Below are positions 1 to 11,512 of a DNA stretch of 64,000 nucleotides, piece after piece (the stretch's first letter is position 1; each line of letters begins with the position of its first letter). A program made the translations under genes and the position numbers. The stretch lies in the NCBI GenBank assembly GCA_000708835.1, contig DF237431.1, forward strand, positions 1 through 64,000, in the 5' to 3' direction. This stretch comes from Klebsormidium nitens (Eukaryota; Plantae; Klebsormidiophyceae). The notes below the pieces were generated by a model. It was not told the origin of the DNA and did not search any database. It saw only the letters and a program-made list of their open reading frames with translations.

Positions 1-493
1 ATGTCCAGATTTCTACATAACATTGTCAAGGCGCCCCTCAAGTATAAGAGCTCAGCAAAACCTTTCGATCCACCATGTCGGTTGCAGGTGCACCACATGG
101 CGGCATGCGAGAACTTGATGGCGCTCTGCAATGAATAATGCATCCGCCCGCTTGCACAATCAGTTGTTATACTCCTATTCAGTTGCAGGGTATTGTGCGT
201 CAAAAATGACCGTTGCATTCACATCCGCGGATCTACCGTGCCAAACGACTGAATGGCAAGTCCCGCGGCCTAGCTATACAGGATCAACTGCGTGCAGCGC
301 TCGTTCATCCATGCATGTGTCACAATAAAGCGGACACTGCGGTGCATCGCTGCTCGACTTCAAAGCAGATGATTTCATGAATCGCGGGGCCGCGCAACAG
401 TTGCCTTTACTATAGTTGTAACCTTCGGACCTCGGACTTCAAAGTCAGTCACCGGCACAATCGCTTCACTGGTGATCTGCATCTTAGGGTATG

Positions 494-3400
494 TCAGAAT
501 GTCTCCTTGTGTAACCGGAAGAAGGTGCCCCTCGCAAGTGAGAAACGACTACGTCTGCTTCTCAACGCGGCAGCAATGCCAGGTTTCCCACAGTAGAAGA
601 CGCCTGCACAGATACATTTCTGCTTGGAGACAACACGCGTGGAGGATCCAGGTAAAGCGGTTTTCAATATGGTTAGGATCTCAAGTGACATGATTCGTAG
701 GAATAGATAGAATTTTGAGACTGGTAAAGCCTACTTGATGGCCGTTGTCCGGCCTGCTAAGATTTTCTTCAATGTTCCAGAAGATTTTGCACTGCGTTCA
801 AAGCTGCGACGACATGGGAACAAACAATCCGGAAAAGTATATTCACGCTCTGGTTGAACTCGGATGGATTCTGCCTTTCGCGGGGGGTACGTGTTTCTTG
901 CAGGGAGTAGATGGAAAGATTGAGAATTGGATCTTCTCACCTACATCGCCTTTTGGGTGCCGCCCGGCGATGCCCGAGAGCACGGAGTCCCAATCAGGCC
1001 GAGAGTTGTGGTGCTCGATAACCTGCACGAAACGGTGTACTTGAGCTGCCAAACCTGACTAAGCGGATGCAAAAATTGCGCAGTTATGACTGCCGTGGTT
1101 GTGGAGAGCCCCGCCGTAGTATGGGACCGTGTCAAGGACCGTGTCAAAAGTGCAGGAAAGCTATGACGGCTTCCTTTCTGAAGCCCGTCTTAATTAACTC
1201 ACGTTTATAGTCAATTCTATCCTTTTAGGTGATATAGTCAAAGATAAACCAAATCTGTTGAACGGCACTGTGAGCTTCATCCGTAGCCGTTTGCAGAGGT
1301 GTACTCTCTGATCCAGTTCCCCGTTTACAGGACCACATGGTAGCATTTGCCGTCAGACGCACAGCATTGAAGTTCGTCTCAGCGGAAGTCGGGAGTGCGA
1401 TTGCAGCTGCTAAGGAAAGTATTTTCGAATTTACGCCCATCCAGACGATTCAACTGCGTCTCGGATGAGGCGAACGGGCTCACCATTCCGCCCCTCGGAG
1501 AAGTCCCCAACTCTGACGCGGCAGAAGACTCCGTCACCGAAACCGATGACAACGCGGGAGTGGTATTTGCCGCTGGGGTTTGCCCGGTCAAGCAGATGTG
1601 CACCTCTAGTCGTCCCTGCAAAGATGAAGGCATCTTAAACAAAAGATCTTTGGAGCCTTGTACTCGCCAAGGCTTTATGAGAGACGATTGAAGCCCTCCA
1701 TCCTTTTTCTTGGCATCCACAATCCAGACACATTTTAGAACGCAGTTCTACATGCAACCAACGGCCTCAAAAAATCCATAGATAACTCAAAACAACTAAG
1801 GTGCTTCGAGTATTGTCTCGATCATTTTGAAGCGTCCAGATAAGGCTCAAACAGGAATCGATACCATACCTCGATCTCTCTCTGGGCGAGGCTTTGCAGT
1901 AAGTCTCGCAGCATGGCCACAGTGTCGTGATCCCTCGTCACCCAATAGCAGTACACGGCCTCCGTCATTACTCGCCGAACACGTGGCGCGCCGGAGGAAT
2001 CCCTCGCCTGCGGCTGGCAGAGTGATCCGTTCCTTAGATTGGTTCATCTGCTGCAACAATGCGCTTATATCCACTCGGGATCCAGAGTCCGTGTTGCCGG
2101 CAGATTCACAAGCAAGTCGAGCTTATCGTTGTCGCTATCTCTCTCAGCGTTATAGGGATGAGTTGTCGCACTGAAACCTGACACAAGGAATTCGAATGCG
2201 AAAAAACTTAGGTAATGGGCCAGTTCTGGCTGAGGAATCAAGAATCGCCTCCCTTGCTTCGCAGTATGGGAAGCACCCTTTCGCGTTGCGTATTCTTGAC
2301 CAGAGTTCAAGGAGACAAAATTCACTGTGACGATGAGTGAATTGAAGGAGGGTATTTCCTGGGCAAGCGGGGGCCGACCCTGTCACTGTCTAAGGTCTCG
2401 AACCTCGACAATGATTTGATGTTCTGCTCGAAACTTACGATGTCATATGCAAATGACATCGCATGCAAATCCAGCTGCCCTCTTTCTCCTACCTGGTCCT
2501 GCTCCGTCTGGAATCTGTGCAGGAGGTCCCGCAGAATGCTGACGTAGGGCGTGATCCCGATGCCCGCTCCCACCAGGAGGACCGTCTTATACCTCCGGTA
2601 CTCCTGCGCCGGAGCCCCGTACGGACCGTCCATCCGCAACGAAGGGAACTTTGTGGCTGCCACGTGGCGCCACGAGGGCCGCTCGTTTCTGCCACCCAGC
2701 TCGAGGTCCGGCTCCTGATCTTCTTGCTGGCTCGGCGGGACGGTAGAGAGCGCGGCCGCGGCCGCGGCGTATCCCGGGGAGCTGACGTCAGCATGGCTGG
2801 GGCAGCTATTCGTTGCGTCTAGTGCCTGCGTCCGTTTCGGAGTCTTTTATCATGGCTGCCCTTGGTTGCATTATCGTGCTCATGAGCGTAAAGGTCAGCG
2901 CTCTGCCGCATGTGGCACACTTTCAGAACCAGTGCTCATGATTCGTGAGGACCGCGGAAAGATAGGCGTCTCATGCTTCGAAAAGCGCTTTCTTTTGCAG
3001 TTTGCTGGTGATTCTTGGGGCTTCGGATACTGGACTCGCAGAAGCTGTTAGAGAAACGAAATGGCGAGCAGCTGTCAAGGGGTTTGTCAGAAGATCCTTA
3101 GGTCAGGCTCGTCAGGCCTGGTTCTTTAACTGAGACAGAGCATGGTGACAAGCCGTATTGCCTGTAGACGCGTGAAAGGTCTCAGCAAGGTCATATCTGA
3201 AGTTCCGGCTACGCAGTCAGATCCAAGCCCTGCCTTTCCAGGTCCTGATTGAAAGCATTAATCACAAAGCAGCATTTGATGTTACAAAAGTCCGGTGCAC
3301 TGATCACTTACTGATTCGAATTTTCTCAGAAGGGCGCTAGTCCAGTCTCCTGCGACGCGGATGTGCAGGCTCAGGGTGTCGTCTCCAGGGGCTGACGTCA

Positions 3401-6400
3401 GCGTGAATGGATGCCTGCAGAGTCCGAGTCGATCGGTGTGAACAGGAGAATCAAACGACGCCTTACTTGAAGCTTGTCTCTTCTGCCCACGTCATAAGCT
3501 TGCCTCTTCTACCACCCACTAAAAATCTGAAGCGGAACCTGTGGATGTGTACGGAGCTGTAGTCAGAGGTTTTTCCAGTTGACCCAAGCAAATGCTTCAG
3601 CGAAGCCCAGCAAAGAAAAAGCGTTCCGGACGTTTTGCAAAATTGGCCAAAAAGCATTTCAATTGAAAGTCTCTGGAACCAAAATAAGATCGTCACCATC
3701 ATGACCCCTTGGAAAATCATCAGCTTGCAGCAATCAAGCAAAAGTCTCTTGTGATTTTGAAAACCCTTTTACCTGAGCCTCATTATTTCACGAGACTTAC
3801 TTGCAAGTTCAGAAGAGAAATTTGGCACTTCAGATCTGCGTTGCGATACATGGACCGAGGGGTGTGCCAAGTGTATCCTCACCACTCGAAGCGGGAAGCA
3901 GCAGGGCACTGGATGTAGACGAACATCCCGCTCCGGTAGCGGAATCCGCTCGGCTTGCTCAATTCCAGCAAAAGCACTTTGCCAGAGTAGCTGACAGCCT
4001 GCATGCAGTAAAAGCGACACAAGATGAAGCTGAGCTGCCATTTATTCCAGCGTAGCGTCGGCGCCCGGCCCTTGTTACCAGCTCCGTTAAGGAAAAGCCC
4101 GGGTTTATAAGAGCCGCCGGAGTACACACAGAGATCAGCTTAACAAACCCCTCTTTGACGTGAGAATCGGACTTGGTGCTCTCGACCGTGCCATGCTGCA
4201 TTTCTTTGTCCGAGGCCCGGCGCGGTCCGAATCGTCGGCGATCTTTGACGGTCGCGATGTCATTTGACAGGATCGGACCGTCGACATGCGACTACAGGAT
4301 CGAGTATTGTAACCGCCGATGCCGCCACCGACGGTCGAGCTATCGCGATCGACGTGTCACGCTTTTGCGAGGCACGCCCACGGCTTCACCTACTGTTTCG
4401 GCCACTACAAAACGCACGGAGTTGTTCTCGTCCAGCAACCATTTCGCCTTCGGGCTAAGATTGGTTGTAGTATCTGTTCTAGATGGCTTGATAGGTCATC
4501 TCCTTTCTCCTATCAACAATTTTTTGGGGCAGGCGGGGGACACCAAGCTTGCTTGGCCCCCGCCAGTGTCGCCTCTGCCTTTGCACTAACCGCAGAGGAG
4601 GGCACAGCCCACATACTATACCACACTCCACTTTCATATCACCCCTCAAACCATCAATCAGTCATCAACACTTCCCTCAACCCATTCATCCTACCCATTG
4701 CAGCGCTAGATTGAACTGCGTGCAATCTTTCAAGCACCAATGCCGCAAAAAAACCAACATTTGAAACTTCTACTTCTTTCTTTCTCGAAACCAAGCGCTT
4801 CGGGATCCTCCTCCAGCATAGAAGCGCAAGATTGATTCGACGTTGATATCCCAAGTGTTAAGGTACACAGCTGCCAACCATAAATTAATGCTGTTCAAGA
4901 CAACAAGCAAGCTCAGCAGCGGAAACGCCAGCTCCAAAGACTACTAAAGGAGTTGGCTAGAAAAGGCGTTTCTACCTGGAGAACCTGCGGCTGATGGTGC
5001 GCCCCCGATCCGCGGTACCACCTCAGCAACCGCTCAGCAAGGTAGACCCCAAGCGGCCCTACAATGTAGACCCAGGCGGTCGTCGACGGTACGTACCAGT
5101 GGCCGGAGCGAGTCCCGTGGAAGATGACGACGACGTACATGAGCAGGAGGGTGTGGTGGCTGTACCTGCGACGTCAGCAACCAAGTAAGCGCACAAAAAC
5201 CTGTCGATCTGTGAGTTATGCAAAATGTCAGACCGCTAGCAAACAAGCACCTAGACAGCTTTAGTTGCTTCTTCGATACCCTTTGGTGAACCTTCTGTGT
5301 AACAAGATGGACAAGATTCTTGTGCGTGAGAGTCCAATCAGCTTCTTGATCTAGCAAGTCCCAACAGATCGCCTCATCCATCTCTTCTCAAGCTCCTGTA
5401 GGTACAAAAAGTCTCAGGCAGAATGTGATCCTCCTGGAACATCTGAAAGAGTCTCTATCTCTCAAATTAACATCTTGCCCTTCCGCATCCCTCACCAGAA
5501 AGCGTTGAATCCAGTCACGCATGCCAGGTACCTCCGCAGACCTTTACTGCTTCCTGACATCGTCCTGAAGTAGCTCAGAGCCAAAGGGAATGCCACAACC
5601 ATGGGGAGAAGAAGTAAGAGTCCTGAGAGGAAGTCGAAGCTGCCGAGGAGGTTCCAGTAGTCAGGCTTCACCTCTCCGTACACTCGGCTGATGTCGCTGC
5701 AAATTGCAAGCAAATTTGTTCGTGGAATCACGTTAATCGAGTCGGATTTTACGACCAACGTAGGATTTCGAACTTCCTTCAAGGAGCGAAATACAGGGTT
5801 GTGAACAGGTTAAGGAAGAAGAAGAGAAGAACTATCACGAGCTCCTTTTGGACTAAAGAAAACTCTTGCATCCAGCCAATCTCTCTCGAGGTGTCGGTCC
5901 GAGGTTCGTGTTAAGGTGACACTTACCTAGAATCGTACGTTGCCCTGGAAGCCCCAGCGATAGCTGGAAAGTTGTAGGTCAGATGACCAGACACGTGGAT
6001 AAGCGTGAAGACGACGATAGACGCACCGATAATCTGCAATGGAGGACACCTTCGTTCTAAGAAGCTAGGAGTCTGACAGATTATTTTCTTGGTGACCTCC
6101 GATGAATGCAAGTCTGGCAAAAGCTGCATCTCCAGGTGTGTGTTGAAGGCAACATACCGCCTCAGAGATAAGCTTTTCGATCTTGATCAGTACGATCGCA
6201 CGCGAACCACTGTTCGCCTCGCGCGCGGCGCGTTTCCCTTGCAGGGCTCTAAAAGCTCACCCTGTGAAAATCGATGGTCGTATCCAGGGGAAGATTGCGT
6301 CCAAGTAAGGTTCCCCTCAGAGCTGTCAGCGTGTTGCGGCAGACGCACAGGATGATGAGAGCCAGGTTTAGTTTTAGTACCTGGAAGAGTTGAAATTCAA

Positions 6401-8220
6401 TCAGCTAGGTCCTCTGATATATGTGCTATCTGATTCAACCTTTAGTCAAAGCTTGTCTGGGAGCTAGCTAATCAGGAGTAGTCCATTGCACCCCCAAAAT
6501 GCAGGCCGGATTTTAATTATAACCACTGAGTTGCCCGTACTGGTAACATAAACGTCGATGGATCCAGTTCTAGTCTTGTGGTTGAGCGGAGATCGTGGGA
6601 TGAGAAGAAGGCGCCTTCATGCTCACCATCGATTACGTTTCAACAAATAGATTCAACCCAGTTATTTTGAGCTTGTACCAATGCTGCAACAAAGGCAAGG
6701 AAACCCTCTCATGTAGTCAATCTCATGACCTTTGCCTAAGTAGGTGCTCACCTCTGCTGCGCCCTTACAGATACAGAATCCGTATGACATCATCTCGAAC
6801 TCTGGCGTTCCCATCCACGCAAGTAATCTCCAAGCGAAGAGAGCAGCGCAGGCAGCGAAGTACGCGGATACAACGATGATTTGGCTTCCATGATTGATCA
6901 GCCAGTATTTCCAGCGCTGACATCCACTTGCTCTTTGGCCCTCTAACGACATTGGATCTGCATCAAAAACAGGTTTTTAATGTCAGAAGGCATTCTCTTT
7001 ATATGCTTGAGTGTTGCGCAGTCCAAGAGTTTTTCTTTGATGAGCCCCGTATCTGATGTAAATCCTCTCGAGATGTTGACCTGAACCCGACAAGGTCGTT
7101 CACGCTGGCTTCGAAGGAAAATGAATTGCTTCAGCTTGAACGTAGTCCGCTGAAAACTATCTAACAGCTGCAATAAACATCGACAGTGCCTCCAAGTGCA
7201 GGCGGGTGTAGAAAGGACCAGATAGTAAGCAGTCAGGATTGTCATCAGATACGCAACTCTAAAACAGTGGACTGACCAAGCCCCCCGTAACACGTGAATT
7301 TTGAACGTTCTCTGCTCTCTCGATTATACTGCAATTCGCCTCACCGCATGCTGAGTTCTCATGTGTTGCAGCAAATCTACTATCCGTTAAACAGGTGTCG
7401 CAGCACAGACCAGAGAAGATGGCCACCTTTGGTGTTGGAACATGAATACCTCAGCTTGTCAACCGATCTCTGATAATCTGAAATAACAACTTACCTCTCT
7501 TGTCAGCAGGATCAAGTTGAACAGCTTTCGCCAAGCGCTTCGCTTGAAAGGAACGGCCTCAATATGACCATCCGCGCCCTCAGCACTAGGAACCTTTGAG
7601 AATCAAATGATTGCTAAGGTCAGAACATAGCAGAAACTTAAATCACACTCCGCGAGCTTTCAAAGTCCTCCTTTTGACTTCGTGTCCTGGATCTGGTCGA
7701 AGCTGCTCAGCACCTTCCCTCTCATCATTGCATCTGTTGATCCTTGTTCATGTTCCAGCCCGATGCCTAGTGTTGTTGGGGCGCAAAACGCAAGCCCCTC
7801 CAAGCGACTCTATCGTTCGAGGGACCACTGGCACTGCGAGCTTGAATTCTACACCCTTCCACAGCTGCGCCGCCTTTATATCCGCTGGAAATGAGAGGAC
7901 TCAGGACTGCAAATGCTGTAAGAAGCAACTGGACGGACATTCAGCGCTCGTGGAGCTTAAGGTTGCACGACCGTCAAGGCGGAATTTCAACACTGGCGGG
8001 AATGAATATTTTAAATCACAAGGAGGACACCATCCTCGGCTGCTGAACGAGCACCGGGACTCCTCCCGCAACGTCACGCGCATGCTTTACGTCATCTTAA
8101 GAAGTGAATCGTACACGTCAAACTCAACTTCAAAGCTAGAGTTGTGGCCGAAAGAGTTGGTGTCAATCCGGCGCCCGGGCTTCACGATCTTGGACCGCCC
8201 GGGTTCCTGCTGGGCCGCAT
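494..8220 (-). CDS. RBOH: Respiratory burst oxidase homolog (NADPH oxidase), multi-exon; 5' end approximate
   Basis: Minus-strand exons give [55 protein letters not shown] (four heme His), [44 protein letters not shown] (FAD binding), [35 protein letters not shown] and VFYCG...LHKETF with stop at 494-496. Start codon and N-terminal exons not resolved. Confidence 0.92.
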
Positions 8221-11200
8221 GACGCGTCTTTCTGTCTTATAGGACTGGCCACAATCCCGCCACAATATTCTGCTTGATTAAGGTCTGCCTTGCGCACAAT
8301 ATGATCATGTCGATCTGGTCGGACCTAATAAAGCATTAGGCAAGTCTGCATCAGGTCAAGAAACTTCTAGTTGGTACGACGACCCTATAACCAGAGCAGC
8401 CTTTCGACGTACAATAAGAACCTTACTCAATAATCACGCAAGGCGGGTGTATACTAAGCCGCGAGCCGACTCGATCCATCTTCTTGCTTCAGAGAGCAAC
8501 GTGACTCACTGCCTCGAAAGGATATCGCTAGCGAAGGAAGCGAAGTTGCATGTGTGGCTGGACAGATAGCACCTCCTGGAACCCTTCAATAATTTGCCAG
8601 CCGCCCTAGCTAGCTTATACATGGTCGACCAGAGCGAGCTCAATCTTGTACCGTAGTTCGGGTTGGTGCACATGCCGCCAGTCTGGCATGAGCACAGGAT
8701 TGATCGACTTCATAATTATCATGTACGTATACAATATTTATTCACGTGCATGAGTTAGTATGTTTCTGAAGCGATCGAGTCGTGACTCGTGAATCTTTGC
8801 AGGCGCGCACGGCTCCGGAATGAGATCAGCATTTTTCGCTCGTGCTATGAACCACTATGGTTGAATCATTTATTCACAAGATCATTGGAGCGCATACATG
8901 TAAGTTTGTGCGCGCATCCGAAATTCGTACAATATTTCGGGATGCATGATGATCTTGTTAATGAAGGCATGTGCAATTGCCGCACTTCTTCACCATGCTC
9001 TCCCATCCATTGCTCACTCTTTGCCGCCACTGATAACGTACTTCGAAAGAAATCTGCTCGAAGCTTGCATGCACTGCAAGCGACTTTAGAAGTATTTCGC
9101 CTTTGCAGTAATGTCTGAGCACATAATGCTTCTCTTCCAATTTGAAAGCAGATTGTGCGACAAATTGAGATCAACGATTGGCTCTTTTTCTTCGGCCACC
9201 GTATAATCAACTCGGTCCATTGAACATAGCATCAGTGACAGTTGCCTTCATGAGATCTTTGGCCTCAAAAGATATGCTAATCGAAAGTGTCTACTCGCCT
9301 TCACCAGCGAGCGCACCTTCTCCAGTAACCCTCCAAGGGGTCCAGCGCAGCAGCGCCTGCGCCCCTCTGCCCCTCCAAATCCAGCTTCTTGCGCAGCGGC
9401 AAGCGGGCCCTCTCGTTCAACCGTTTGGCCACGACGGGGTTCACAACGACTGGCGCAGACTCGCTAATGTCAACCTCCAAGGTTGGCCCGGGGCATCCCT
9501 TTAATCTTGCCGCCACCCGCACAGCGCACGCTCCCTGGTTTTCCCGCTCAGAAACTTCTCCTCGACCCCCTAGAGCAGCAACCGTTCAGCCTGTCGCTGA
9601 TCAAGGAGCCGCTTCCCACCTGAAACCATTTCCTTGAAATTGGTCAATCTTCTCCAGGTCCGCAGGCTGTAGAGGTTCTGAAGCAGGATCTTGGCTCGCG
9701 CAATAATCCGTGCGAACGACTCCCTCATTTGCCGTCCCTGACGGGCACTCGCCTCCGAGGAGGACCCCTGCACAGGGACCTCCCGCCAATCTTTTGGGGG
9801 GGAGCCGTGCCCCCTCTTCCGAGATACTAGCAGCTGAAGCACCACCAGAACCCCCAGTATCCGTAGCCGAGGGCGGCCTTCATCCCCCATTCGGTTTTCG
9901 ATCTCTAAAGATCTGAGGCGCAGCACCAATGGGAGGGCACTGCGGCGATTGGCCCGCTCACAAAGGGATGGACGGCGGCGGCGGTGCCTCCATTCTGTGC
10001 GAGGAGCCCTTCAAATTACGAGGGGAGCGAGCTCCCTACTCTTGACGAGCTCCTCGCGGGCGTGGACGTGACAGGTGTACGCCAACGGGTCGCCTGGACA
10101 AGAGTTCAAATTTGGTCAGTGACTAGACCGATTGTCTCACCATTATCCAAGATGGCTATAAGCGACGGGAATTTGAGTTGAGTGACGGAATCCTAAGTTT
10201 TTGGAAAGCATTGATGAAGACGTGCTTTCAGTGTCCAAAATTGAAGGCCGGATAGTTTTCGTTGTTCGTTCGATCAATGATAACGATCCCTTCGCTTGTT
10301 CGACTTTGCTGCTCAACTTTACAGCCACAAAGCTTTCGCTTCCAAAACTAGGCACTGACTAAGACAATTAGGTAGGATGAGAGGCAGCCTTGAATACCGG
10401 CATTGAAAGCTCAAGGGAGATGCATCATAACATGCTGAACCCTAACAAATGGGAGAAGACGGTGACTATTTGGTGGTCGAATGACCACAGTGCTTTCCTA
10501 GCAGTAAGAGATGCTGGATGATCCAAATTTTCATTTCAATCGAGCTCAACGCTTTCGAGATCCTCCCTCTCTCATATTCTGAACCATTGCATGAAGTCGA
10601 ACGCTACGCTAAAGAACGCCAGCAACTGCAACTAGTCTTTCCTGGATAAAACCGCACCTGTAATCCCCAGCCACGCGCACTCGCTGCACCCGACACTCAA
10701 AGCACCGCAGGTCGGGAATCTCGTTCGAGTCCATGCCCAATGTGATGTGCTGCAAGCAGGCCACCCGTGCAACGCCCTCCCGAAACCCGAACGCGTTGAT
10801 GCTGGCAGTTGGCAAATTAGCACTGGCTCTTCAGCTTCAGCTTCTTGACGTGGATTTCCCACAGGCGTTTCTAGGCAGGAGCTCCTTGGTGCCGCCGTAG
10901 GTCCTGCCAGAATGGGAGCAATGGTGTGAATAATCTCAAAAAAGACGGGTTGCACTTTCGCAGTGACCCTGGATTTGCTTCAATAAGAATACTTACGTGG
11001 CAAAGGCCGAAGCGAACAGGACCCTTGAACGACACCATTTCTGTTCAACCCAAGCTGGAGCTACGAATTCAGAAAGCGTCGGTCCATCTGCTGAAGGAGC
11101 TCCAACGGCACAGGTCCGCACCAAATTGGACGAAGCAACGTTCATCGAAAGTTGCAGCTTCACTCGAGCTAGCTGTCAGGTCGCAAGTGCATATGAGTGA

Positions 11201-11512
11201 CGCCAGTTGGATAAGAAGCACAGGTCCTAACGTCATGTGAGAAGCTGCAACAGGCTGCGAGCTCACGGTGACGTAAGGACAGTAACTCACATGAAGTTTA
11301 TGACGTTATTCAGCGGGAACGACATCCTGGGTGCTTGTGGTTGGTTCCTGAGGTGACTCCCTGCACTCAAACTGATAGCCTCAGAAGAGATCTCCTGTTG
11401 GAGGCTAAGATACACCGCTGAAGGACAACGGACGTTTATGAGTACAATGAGCACGACATAGAGACACCAGTCAGACCCAAGCAACCCATTGCAAGCAGGA
11501 CGTTTGGACACA

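Noticed and set aside
1124-1147. Short two-copy tandem repeats (12 bp here, 13 bp at 39117-39142, ~11 bp near 62084-62104)
   Set aside because: Ordinary slippage duplications in non-coding DNA.
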